Below, piece after piece: positions 19,842-29,185 of a stretch of 64,000 nucleotides of DNA. The notes under the pieces are model-generated. The model had not been told where the DNA came from. It worked only from the letters and a program-made list of their open reading frames with translations, and made no database searches. Both the position numbers and the translations under genes were made by a program. Numbering within the stretch: the first letter of the stretch is position 1; each line of letters opens with the position of its first letter. This DNA comes from an uncultured delta proteobacterium (GTDB taxonomy: Bacteria > Desulfobacterota > Desulfomonilia > UBA1062), in the NCBI GenBank assembly GCA_963798485.1, contig CAWCTR010000021.1, forward strand, positions 207,096-271,095, read 5' to 3'.

Positions 19842-21575
19842 CTACTCACCTTCCATATATCTCTCAATGATATTTACTCCTAGACCTGTGCGTGAGCTTA
19901 ATTTAATTTTAAATCTTTTATCAAAAAGAAATTTCTTTACCCTGTCTATTTCATCCTTCTTATAATTAAAAGAATCTTCATTTCTTACAGAAATATCCAC
20001 CCAGATAAATCCATCTGAATAACCAATATCATCTAGCCTTGCGGCTGTTTCTTCGTAATTTCTACCAACCCTACCCCATTCTTGAATTGTGTCGCAAAAT
20101 ATAAGTATAAAAGATAAGGGATCTTCCTTGAAAGTTAAGGATTCTAAAATTTTCTTATGGGAAAAAGCACTATCAGCCCTTCCAGAAAAATGCCCCCAGA
20201 TTCCTTCATCATGTAAAGCAATAGCCCTTGAAGCTTTTAGAAGGGCCTCCTTGTTCAATCCCTTGGGACGTTGTTTATCGAATAATTTTAATAACGATAA
20301 CGCACCTAAAAGACCATGATTTTTTTCATCGATGATTTTTTCATAAAAGAATAACAATGCAATTCTATCAATGGGGAGGTTATCAAATGTATCGCATAAT
20401 TCCTTTGTTTTAAACATGTAATCTTCTTTTACATAGCATTCATCAAGGTTTAATCTTGAAGGATTTTTATCAAGAAACAAGGTATTTTTAAAAAATGTAG
20501 CTATCCATTCATTATAGTTTTGAATATTATAATTATAATCATGATAGGTCGAAGCCAAAAGCCACATATTTTCTAGTGAATTACCAAACTTTTTCTGGAA
20601 AGAAGATATCGATTTATCAGTATATAATTTGTCTATTATGTAGCATCCTAAAAGAAATACATGAAGTTGATGCAAAAAATGATCCCTATATCTTGGATTG
20701 AGCAGTAGTACAGGTTCAAAATCTTTTTGAAATTCTGGATATTCTAAGCCGATTTTATTCCAAAGTTTTTTTATCAATTCTAATGCAATATCATAATCGT
20801 CTTCAATTCTGGTTCTATATTCAGCAGCCAATTGTTGTAAATTATCAGTGTATTCTAGATGTTGGATTTCAGCAATCCGATCTATAAGCGTTAAACTAAT
20901 ATTTCTTCCTTCGGTCCTGCCAACAATTTCTCTTCTTTTATATTCTGGTTCAGGATAGTAAATAAGATATTTATTTGTTTCTTCAATATGAAGATCTAAT
21001 TTTTCGAACAGCCTATGCTGTATATCTGGTATTAATTCCTTTGGAAGAGCCTTTTTATGTTCTTTGAGGTATTCTTGAAGTGGTAATATTACCTTGCTGA
21101 ACTCTTCAAAGGAAATATCAATGAGTGGAATTGACGATATGATTTCTTCTACGGTCTTTTCTCCAACCTTAAAAAGACCGACTTTATAAGATTGACACAA
21201 CTCTTTAAATCTATCGAATTCATTATCTTCACTTAAATAATCAGGATATGCCCAATACACTTTTGCTTTGGGAAAGTAGTATTGAAAGAATGTTGCTGAA
21301 GATGCATCATTAAGCTCAATACCTCCTTTCACCAATGTACGTGGTATATGCAAATGATAGAAGAAGTCATTACTTTTTATTGTACGGCTATTGATAACAT
21401 CAACTACTACTTCATTAATAGATTCACTTTTCTTTGTAACTCCCCTCTTTCTTGCGTATACAGGCACTCGTGCAGGAAGGAACTTATCTGAGTATACCTC
21501 TGTCTCATATCCCTCTTTTTTGAAGTAGGCGGACAACCAGTTTGTCATTTGTTTCACTGTATATGTGCTTTTCAT
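19842..21575 (-). CDS. HD-type metal-dependent phosphohydrolase with N-terminal domain of possible restriction-endonuclease-like fold
   Basis: YRDHFLHQ, LASTYHDY, NHGLLGA, ALHD, CDTIQEWGR; RBS GAGGA. Confidence 0.6.
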   Translation of the reverse strand: MKSTYTVKQMTNWLSAYFKKEGYETEVYSDKFLPARVPVYARKRGVTKKSESINEVVVDVINSRTIKSNDFFYHLHIPRTLVKGGIELNDASSATFFQYYFPKAKVYWAYPDYLSEDNEFDRFKELCQSYKVGLFKVGEKTVEEIISSIPLIDISFEEFSKVILPLQEYLKEHKKALPKELIPDIQHRLFEKLDLHIEETNKYLIYYPEPEYKRREIVGRTEGRNISLTLIDRIAEIQHLEYTDNLQQLAAEYRTRIEDDYDIALELIKKLWNKIGLEYPEFQKDFEPVLLLNPRYRDHFLHQLHVFLLGCYIIDKLYTDKSISSFQKKFGNSLENMWLLASTYHDYNYNIQNYNEWIATFFKNTLFLDKNPSRLNLDECYVKEDYMFKTKELCDTFDNLPIDRIALLFFYEKIIDEKNHGLLGALSLLKLFDKQRPKGLNKEALLKASRAIALHDEGIWGHFSGRADSAFSHKKILESLTFKEDPLSFILIFCDTIQEWGRVGRNYEETAARLDDIGYSDGFIWVDISVRNEDSFNYKKDEIDRVKKFLFDKRFKIKLSSRTGLGVNIIERYMEGE

Positions 21576-21585
21576 AAGATATTCC

Positions 21586-22079
21586 TCATCTATTTACCGT
21601 AAGCAACTTCTCAATTTCTTCATATCCCTTATCTATATTATTAACTATAATTGTTTTATCTTTGAGTTCTTTCTTAATAATCCCAAGTTCTGTCAGACCC
21701 ATTGTTCACGATATAAGATATTTTTCATAACTATCTTAAAGATTATTGGTATGTTTGATAATGCATAAGGCTTAATAACACCTTTTGGATCAGACAAATC
21801 AACTACCCCTCTAGAATACCAGGCCCATGCTCTCCTCAACCATAAGATAATATGTATAGAGGGTGGCAGAAGATAAATGATCTTGTCATACTGTTCAGGA
21901 TTTCTATCAAGGCCATGCACATCTTCAACCAATATAGCCTTTGAAGAAGACTGAGGAATGTCTTCATGGGCATAGTAGTCCATATCGATTTGTAAAACCT
22001 TTCCAGGGAGTTTATCAGCTATTTTTCCACGTAAAGTGCTTTTCCCTATGTTTCCAATACCAGTGATTAGAATTTTCAT
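21586..22079 (-). CDS. Small P-loop (nucleotide-kinase-like) protein with probable 1-nt frameshift near 21695
   Basis: Walker A GIGNIGKST. The track ORF stops at 21693, but a shifted frame continues TELGIIKKELKDKTIIVNNIDKGYEEIEKLLTVNR* to 21586, ending at the next gene's RBS. Confidence 0.6.
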
Positions 22080-22096
22080 GATACCACAATGTTTAG

Positions 22097-23212
22097 TTAT
22101 ACCCTTTCATATACTCTAAGCGTTTCCTCTAGATATCGATCATATCCATAGCCAATCTTGATGTTGCATCTTGATGGGCCACTCCATTTATCGATTAATT
22201 CGGTGATTTCCTTCTGTGTTATTTTCATATCATCAAGATCCACTCTTACAATCTGATTCTCTGGAATACCCTGTGTAAACTGCTCATATTCATTTACATC
22301 CAAAGTCAGGTCCGTGATTATCGTAAGGCCCGACCAGAGCGCTTCACACACGATGTTGGAAAAATCTTTGATAGGATTATCTCTTTCAAAATAAAGAAGG
22401 TAATCAATGTTTCCTAATAGAGCGGGCATATGGGCAGGATGAACAAAATTATTATGCTTATAATATCTTAAACCATTTCCCTCGACGAACTTGGCAAACT
22501 CAGAAAAACCACTTCCCTGTCCAACTATTTTCAATGCATGTCGATTTTTGATTTCCGAGAAGATCTCAATGATTTTGTCGAGACTTTTATATTTCCAATG
22601 GTAATTTATTTTGCCAATGTAGGCAAAAGCAGGCACCTCATGTACATTGATTGCTGGTTTAAAGAACTTTTCATCGGGGATATATCTTGGGAGTGTAACT
22701 ATATTTGAGTTGATAGCTTCAAAAATATTTCTGTTCTTGTCATCAGTAATAATTACTGCCGCATTTCGGATTACCTCCTTTAGGAGATTACTGAAAACAC
22801 CCTGCTTCAGAAATTTAACTATATCACTACCCCCGTGCCTCAATACATAGGGAAGACCGGTTATATTGGATAGCAGATAGCCGACAATACCATATGGTAT
22901 GAGGTAATTCGTATCTATTAAATCAATTTGGTTGTCGCAAATTATTTCCAGTGCCTTGTCCAAGAGTTTAGGCACGTAAAGAGCTGAGTAGGGAATGTGC
23001 CAGGGTGTATCTGGATCGATATAGTGAACTATCAGATTTGGAGGCAGTTCAGGGATTTGATCATTGATATAATATTCCTGTTCGACGCAATTTGCATTAG
23101 TGACTACATGAACCGTAGCACCTTTTTCAGCAAACCCCTTTGCCATCCAGAAAGTCTGGGCTGATATTCCTCCCTGAGTAGGCGGGAACTTGCTGATCAT
23201 ACATACGTTCAT
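22097..23212 (-). CDS. GT-B glycosyltransferase (GT4-like)
   Basis: CMISKFPPTQGGI, VHVVT, PYVLRHGGSD, YIGKI, NIVCEALWSG. Confidence 0.8.
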   Translation of the reverse strand: MNVCMISKFPPTQGGISAQTFWMAKGFAEKGATVHVVTNANCVEQEYYINDQIPELPPNLIVHYIDPDTPWHIPYSALYVPKLLDKALEIICDNQIDLIDTNYLIPYGIVGYLLSNITGLPYVLRHGGSDIVKFLKQGVFSNLLKEVIRNAAVIITDDKNRNIFEAINSNIVTLPRYIPDEKFFKPAINVHEVPAFAYIGKINYHWKYKSLDKIIEIFSEIKNRHALKIVGQGSGFSEFAKFVEGNGLRYYKHNNFVHPAHMPALLGNIDYLLYFERDNPIKDFSNIVCEALWSGLTIITDLTLDVNEYEQFTQGIPENQIVRVDLDDMKITQKEITELIDKWSGPSRCNIKIGYGYDRYLEETLRVYERV

Positions 23213-24941
23213 TTATTCGTCCTTTACAAAAATCGTCTATTGAAAAACCGGGTTCAAACCGACCCCTATTATGGACCATGAAATAATAAAAGAGATCAAA
23301 CATAAGGACATCCGTGGCACTTTTACAATATTTTGCAAAAGGATGTTTTTTAATGGAATCAGCAGGAATAAGGCTATCAATTATCTTCGTAACTTGAGGG
23401 CCAACATACCCCAAGGCAGCAGGCATACCATATTTCTTTCTGCTAATAATATCTTCAAGGTTATACTTCTTTAAGTATGATGATGCTGCGTCTTTGAATA
23501 TTCTTTTAGTTCTGTCTTTGTCAGGCACCTTGAACTCGATGGGCAGCGACAAAGCAAACTCTGCAATGTCGTCATAAAGATACGGAGGTCTCGTCTCAAA
23601 ACCAAAGGCGGCGCACGATCTGTCAACGCTCCACAGGTGGTAATTCGAAAGCCCGGTTCTCACCAGTGTGTCGAAAAGATTTTTTCTATATGCCCTCTCA
23701 TCTTCGGGTTGAGGGAAAAGGTCATGTACAATCTTTTGGACCTTTGAGCTCCCGGGAAGATGCGATGCCCTTTGTCGAATTCTGTCAGAAAAGCCGAGGG
23801 GATGTGTATACGGCCAATAATAACCCCCGAACAGCTCGTCTGCCCCTTCGCCGGTAAAGGCAACCTTATGGTGCTGGGAGATATATTTTGAAAGAATGTG
23901 AAAAGCCAATGCACCCTGAATATCAAAGACTCCACCTGACATGATATTCTCGTAGTGATATATAAAATCAGGCAGTTCATCGATGTAGCCCGAGGTATTG
24001 ACACAAATCTCGTTATGTTCAGAGCCAATTGCTGTCGATACTTTCCGCGCATAATCAAGATCAGGGGCATCCTCTGAGTCATAAAGGGTATATGTCTTTA
24101 CAGGCTTGTTGAGTATCTCGGTGGACAGAACAGCCATCATCGTTGAATCAAGACCGCCCGATAAATAGATAACCGTTTCATGATTTCCATGCTTGAGTAA
24201 TCGGGTAAAAGCATGGAACAAGGTTTCAGTAAGTTGATCAACAGATTCCTGATAATCCATATTGCCATTGCTTACATAATCTGAAGGTTGTGGTGCGTAA
24301 TATCTTCTAGATAAGATTTCATGCCCATCAAATTGTACGACGGTTCCCGGTGTGATCTGGCGGATGGATGAAAGCGGTGTGAGGTCCTCTGAAAAGACAT
24401 ACCCAAAGACTGTCAATTCCTCCAATGCATCTATATCGATCGCCGCAGGTACATCGGGGTGTTGCAGCAAGACTTTCATCTCTGAGCCGAAAATGAGCTT
24501 TTCCCCGGACCGGTGGTAATATAAGGGCTTAATGCCAAATCGATCCCGTGCAAGGAGGATCTTGTTTTTCTCCACGATGACAATCGCATACATACCCTTC
24601 AGGTGTTTTACAAAGTCAGGTCCATATTTTATGTATAGTGGTATAATAACTTCAGCGTCGGTGCCTGAGGTAAACTGAAATTCGTCTTGTAAGAGTTCTC
24701 TTTTAATCTCCCTATAGTTATAAATCTCTCCGTTGAACAGAAGGGCGATATTGTGTCTCCTGTCTATGAAAGGCAGCACGTCATCTTGAGTGCTGACAAT
24801 ATTCAAGCCGCATTCACCGAGAGAATGGTTTCCAAATAATGTTGTTATGAACGAGTCTGGCCCGCGATGGCGTATTGATGAAAGCATGGCGGATACCACC
24901 ACTTCGTTTCTCTCATTGAATATACCGCAGATGCCGCACAT
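23127..24941 (-). CDS. Asparagine synthetase B-like class II amidotransferase
   Basis: True start MCGICG at 24941 (TGATG overlap); HRGPD, FNGEIYN, ARDRFGIKPLYY, SGGLDS, TGEGADELFGGY. Confidence 0.9.
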   Translation of the reverse strand: MCGICGIFNERNEVVVSAMLSSIRHRGPDSFITTLFGNHSLGECGLNIVSTQDDVLPFIDRRHNIALLFNGEIYNYREIKRELLQDEFQFTSGTDAEVIIPLYIKYGPDFVKHLKGMYAIVIVEKNKILLARDRFGIKPLYYHRSGEKLIFGSEMKVLLQHPDVPAAIDIDALEELTVFGYVFSEDLTPLSSIRQITPGTVVQFDGHEILSRRYYAPQPSDYVSNGNMDYQESVDQLTETLFHAFTRLLKHGNHETVIYLSGGLDSTMMAVLSTEILNKPVKTYTLYDSEDAPDLDYARKVSTAIGSEHNEICVNTSGYIDELPDFIYHYENIMSGGVFDIQGALAFHILSKYISQHHKVAFTGEGADELFGGYYWPYTHPLGFSDRIRQRASHLPGSSKVQKIVHDLFPQPEDERAYRKNLFDTLVRTGLSNYHLWSVDRSCAAFGFETRPPYLYDDIAEFALSLPIEFKVPDKDRTKRIFKDAASSYLKKYNLEDIISRKKYGMPAALGYVGPQVTKIIDSLIPADSIKKHPFAKYCKSATDVLMFDLFYYFMVHNRGRFEPGFSIDDFCKGRINERMYDQQVPAYSGRNISPDFLDGKGVC

Positions 24942-25780
24942 CAGCCTGTCTCTCTCGATAAATATTTCAAAGCCTCGACCAAACCCCAATAGGCATAGGC
25001 AGATCCCTCTTCAATGTAATGATAAGGCCAGAATCCGTTGGGAAGCTGTGTGTCTACCAGCCAGTTAACCGCTTTTTCTATTACCTTTCTTTTCACTAGT
25101 TCTGGATAAGAAAGAAGCCCCAGCAACACAATCCCTGTTGACCACGGGTCACTTCCGATAGGATGGTCTTTCCAGGGGCCAAAGCCACCATCTTCATTCT
25201 GTTCCTCAGCAAGGAATAAATAAGTATCTTTTATTGATGGACAATCTTCAACGGAAACATTTGATGCTGCCAGTCCCAGTAAAAAGAAACCACCCTTATA
25301 CGTGAGTTTCGTAGCACCCTTAAAATCTTTTGCCCATTCCCTTTGCAACCAGTTTACAGCCCTTGGGTCGGAAAGTGATGGAAAAAGATTCAAAAGAAGT
25401 CCTGTTATGGGGATACGGGATATATCACGATTAGTACGCCCCCACCCACCATCTGGATTGCGTTGGGATAAAATCCATTTATTTCCTTTTTCTACCAAAG
25501 AGCTATAAACATTGCCAATTAATGAGAGGATCTTAACAGAAAGTAAAGACTCTTCCACATCTGACCAGCCACCATCAATGTGTTGATGGTCAGCAGTATA
25601 TTGAGCTACCTGTTTGTACAAGATGCTCTTAGAATTAGCCCCTGCACTAATAAGTGATAGGGCACAGATATTTATTCTTCTGACTTCTATCTGATTTTTT
25701 AGAGCTGACCTTATAAAGTCAGTAAGCTGAATGGAAGCTACAATGACACATTGAGTATTATTTTTTTGATTCTTATTCAT
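24941..25780 (-). CDS. Prenyltransferase/squalene-cyclase (QW) repeat protein
   Basis: Four QW-type repeats: QHIDGGW, QRNPDGGWG, QNEDGGFG, QLPNGFW. Confidence 0.8.
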   Translation of the reverse strand: MNKNQKNNTQCVIVASIQLTDFIRSALKNQIEVRRINICALSLISAGANSKSILYKQVAQYTADHQHIDGGWSDVEESLLSVKILSLIGNVYSSLVEKGNKWILSQRNPDGGWGRTNRDISRIPITGLLLNLFPSLSDPRAVNWLQREWAKDFKGATKLTYKGGFFLLGLAASNVSVEDCPSIKDTYLFLAEEQNEDGGFGPWKDHPIGSDPWSTGIVLLGLLSYPELVKRKVIEKAVNWLVDTQLPNGFWPYHYIEEGSAYAYWGLVEALKYLSRETG

Positions 25781-28700
25781 GAGCTTTTTGGAGTGGCAGA
25801 CCTACTTCACAGATCATACGCATTTCTTCTTGAATGATGTTTTCAGGTTTAGATTTTAAACAGACGTCGCAGAAATAGAAGAGGGCTTCATCCATTCCAT
25901 ATCCAAAGTGCCTATATTGTATATTTAAAGCATCAACAAAACGCTTGCAACCGTAGCACCAGACTTTATAGTGCCTTTCTTTGCAATCCGGCTTTATCCA
26001 TTCAAGTTCTTTTTCAGGTAGTTTTTCCTGTCTTGCCAGAATAACATTCAACCCGATATCTACGGGGAGACATACCCGTTTACACGTTTCATTTTCGAAT
26101 ATCCGGTTAAGGCGTTTTATAAGATCGATTCGAATGCCCCCTTTCAGCTCCTCACCAAATTCTGATATTAATATAAGCTTGTTCTTATTGCCCTCGTTTT
26201 TATTGCCCTTGTTTTCTTTGATCGATTTAATGAATCGCAATAAACCAAAGAGATATGGATGCTTTGCTTTCTCGATAAGTTTCTCGCACTGCGGACCTCT
26301 ATAATATGAAAACTTCTTCTTCTCTTCATTCACACTTTCACTTTCTATTAAAGCGCCTAGATGGATACAGACAGCATCGCATTTTTCATATTGTTCCGGT
26401 ATTTTTTCTTCCCATTTTGTATCTCCTGTGTATCCAAATGAATATACAGGATCTCCTCCTTCCTTACCATTTTTATGATCAATAAAGTCAATGACATAAC
26501 CAAAGGAATCTGACCTTTCAGAGTAGTCGTTGTGATAAGCTATAGTTGGTGTTATTTTTAACTCTCCCTCTTCATTTTCTTTATCTCTTATGATCGATTC
26601 GAATACATCTTTACTCCCATTTTTTGATGAACGCTTAAATTCAAATGACGGAGGTTTCTTTTTATTATCAGGAGGATAGATTTCCTTATCTATATCCACT
26701 ATATACGTGTCAGCCAAGAATTCCCGTAAAGTAGTATTATTTATAATATGTTCTAATTTACGATAGACTCCCAATGACATGATAGCATGTATTTTCTTTT
26801 CAGAGCCCTTTACTCTCTTCGTAAGATCGAGCAATGATGACACGATCGGCTCGAAATCCCGTATATGATCGGAATGGGCGTGCGATATCAGGATGAAGTC
26901 TATGTCATTGAGCGTAAAACCCATATGAAACAGATTCTTGACAAAATCAAAACCCGGATCAATGGCGATTCCAAGCGTCACAGATCCTTTTTCATCCTGT
27001 TTATAGAGGAGGTAGCCTCCGCCCAGTGATAAGGTAAGCGTGGGTGTCTGGGAATTCCATCTTTGAAGGCCTACAAAGTGATATGACTTTTGTGTTGAAT
27101 CGGAATATAAATGATGACTGCTACGATATTGCAAGCGAGCGAGAAAATGCTCGTTTTCCTGCTTCATGATCCCTTCATATATATTTGCCTCTAGTGTTCT
27201 TATATCCGCATGCGGAGATTGAGACAAAGAATGATTCCTCACTGGATTTCTAATCGTTCCGAATAAACAACAGGAGGATAGTATGTTCTGCTGCTTTATA
27301 GGACAGTTACCTAGAAGGCCATCAAAGGCTTTACGATCTTCCGGTTCAGAAAAACAACTAACACATTTCCTCTCATCCAAATGATTCTTCAATCTATTAA
27401 TTCTCTGATGCCTTTCAAGCTCTTTAAATCGATAAAGTAGAAACTTTTCACGTTCATAATCGTTCAGTGCCCCTAAGAAATATTTTTCGTCTTCAATGTA
27501 ATCTTTAGAGTCTAAATTTCTATAAAACTTTTCTAAAGAGTCTGCATACCGGTCGTAATCATATTTGTCGAAGTCTTTAAGTTTAACTCCATTCTCTTTT
27601 TTTTCAGGTAGAATATATTCTTTAATCTTCTCATAGAGATTTTTTATTATTGTATCCTGATAATATTTATCCTCAGGCTTAGAATTCTTATGAAATTCCG
27701 AAAGCAATTTCAGAAACCTTGCGATTTGTTGATAATAACGTGTCCTTTCATTTTTGATTTGAAGAACTGCGCCTTTATTGTTTGGATCTATATAGTTCGG
27801 GAATTTATTACTAAGAGATTCTAAGTCTTTTTTAAATATATCATAATTAACTTCTTTATCTTCTATTTGTTTAAGCCGTTGAAGTTTATCCCAACTAATT
27901 TCGAATTTTAAAAGAAAGTATTCAAATAAAAGCCCACGAGTCTTACTAATGCTATTTTTTCTAATATTATTTTTTCTGGTTCCCCAAGTATCAAATGCTT
28001 TAAAAAAAGATTCAATGTTATCCATATTGGTTTTAAGCTCTTGGGATGCCAGAAGTTCTATAATTTTTTCTTTTGCCATCTCCATTCTTCCAATATCTCT
28101 GTAAGCAAGAGCCACCTTTATGAGTCTGTTTTCTTTTTTCCTGTCATTAAGCTTTTGTAAGGTCACTATTGTATGATATGAAAATTGCAGAGCTTCTTGG
28201 AGCTCGGCCCTAAAAAGAACAGCCTGGTCATAGAGAAGACTTCTCCACAGCACCTTTTCATCTTTAGCTTGCAGGCATTGTGCAGCATTATCATAATCAA
28301 ATCCTCTGATTACTTCACTAAAGGCGAGGGCTGCTTGCATCTTTTGGTTTGAATGCCAATATCCGATACCTTCATTCAATCGCGCCCAGAGCTTATACAG
28401 CTCAAACCTATAATGGGATGCGCTTCCGTTCTCCGTTTTACCTTTGATGGCCTCCTCACGGGCTCGAATTGCAAATCCAAGAGATTCGAGACCTGGTTTT
28501 CCACAGGCAGAAAGTTCCTGAAAATAAAGATGTTGAAGAATTATTTCGTGATTTGTTTGTGGATATGGATACGGGAGCTTACGTTGCAGATATACGATAA
28601 GTTCGTCTAGATGCTTCATGTAGCTGTCTGTGCCTTGTTGCATGATTTTTGCACGGAGGTACTTGGCAAAGAATAAGCGCCTCCATTTAATATTTGTTGT

Positions 28701-28943
28701 TTCTATTTTGCAGGAACCGATATCTTGAATGGATTGTTCAGGATATTCTTCTTTATTATCGTCATTAATATTAATAAAAATTGATTGGAAATCTTGCTCG
28801 CCGCAGAAAACCTTATTTATTTTTTCCTTTAATGTTTTCTCAATTGCAATACAGTCATATAACTTTTCATACTCCTCTTCATCAATCCAGACATCAACTT
28901 TTACATTTAGCAGCTCAAGTTCTTGGAAATCTTCATTGGTCAC
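25773..28943 (-). CDS. Large protein: helical/TPR-like N-terminus, metallo-beta-lactamase-fold domain, C-terminal Zn ribbon
   Basis: LQRWNSQTP..GGGY..IDPG, ISHAHSDH, AYHND, GYTGDT, HLG; CYGC...CDVC. Probable GTG start at 28943 (the track starts it at 28976). Confidence 0.72.
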   Translation of the reverse strand: MTNEDFQELELLNVKVDVWIDEEEYEKLYDCIAIEKTLKEKINKVFCGEQDFQSIFININDDNKEEYPEQSIQDIGSCKIETTNIKWRRLFFAKYLRAKIMQQGTDSYMKHLDELIVYLQRKLPYPYPQTNHEIILQHLYFQELSACGKPGLESLGFAIRAREEAIKGKTENGSASHYRFELYKLWARLNEGIGYWHSNQKMQAALAFSEVIRGFDYDNAAQCLQAKDEKVLWRSLLYDQAVLFRAELQEALQFSYHTIVTLQKLNDRKKENRLIKVALAYRDIGRMEMAKEKIIELLASQELKTNMDNIESFFKAFDTWGTRKNNIRKNSISKTRGLLFEYFLLKFEISWDKLQRLKQIEDKEVNYDIFKKDLESLSNKFPNYIDPNNKGAVLQIKNERTRYYQQIARFLKLLSEFHKNSKPEDKYYQDTIIKNLYEKIKEYILPEKKENGVKLKDFDKYDYDRYADSLEKFYRNLDSKDYIEDEKYFLGALNDYEREKFLLYRFKELERHQRINRLKNHLDERKCVSCFSEPEDRKAFDGLLGNCPIKQQNILSSCCLFGTIRNPVRNHSLSQSPHADIRTLEANIYEGIMKQENEHFLARLQYRSSHHLYSDSTQKSYHFVGLQRWNSQTPTLTLSLGGGYLLYKQDEKGSVTLGIAIDPGFDFVKNLFHMGFTLNDIDFILISHAHSDHIRDFEPIVSSLLDLTKRVKGSEKKIHAIMSLGVYRKLEHIINNTTLREFLADTYIVDIDKEIYPPDNKKKPPSFEFKRSSKNGSKDVFESIIRDKENEEGELKITPTIAYHNDYSERSDSFGYVIDFIDHKNGKEGGDPVYSFGYTGDTKWEEKIPEQYEKCDAVCIHLGALIESESVNEEKKKFSYYRGPQCEKLIEKAKHPYLFGLLRFIKSIKENKGNKNEGNKNKLILISEFGEELKGGIRIDLIKRLNRIFENETCKRVCLPVDIGLNVILARQEKLPEKELEWIKPDCKERHYKVWCYGCKRFVDALNIQYRHFGYGMDEALFYFCDVCLKSKPENIIQEEMRMICEVGLPLQKAHE

Positions 28944-29044
28944 ATAATCACCCCGTCCCCCCAAACAGTTAGGCAATAAATTAAATCTTGGTTAACTCTT
29001 ATACTAACCTTGAGTCCAGACTGTAGATAATTAAAATTTGGAAA

Positions 29045-29185
29045 TTAACGGCAACCATGGCATCCGGAGCACTGACGGCAGACGATCCGTTTGTCGGATG
29101 CATTGATAATTTCAACGGGGAAATTCATAGTCTTTTCTTTTCTCAACAGAGGTTTTTCGTACTTTTTTAATTTATCCTTTTTCAT
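29045..29185 (-). CDS. Putative RiPP precursor peptide, 46 aa: MKKDKLKKYEKPLLRKEKTMNFPVEIINASDKRIVCRQCSGCHGCR
   Basis: Manual translation; RBS AAGGAG; ATGA overlap with the PqqD stop; YxxPxL leader motif; C-terminal CxxCxxCxxC. Confidence 0.85.
   Translation of the reverse strand: MKKDKLKKYEKPLLRKEKTMNFPVEIINASDKRIVCRQCSGCHGCR

Noticed and set aside
29045-29185. SCIFF (six Cys in forty-five) precursor
   Set aside because: The length is similar, but it has only four Cys and none of the SCIFF CQxSCQSACKTSC-type sequence.
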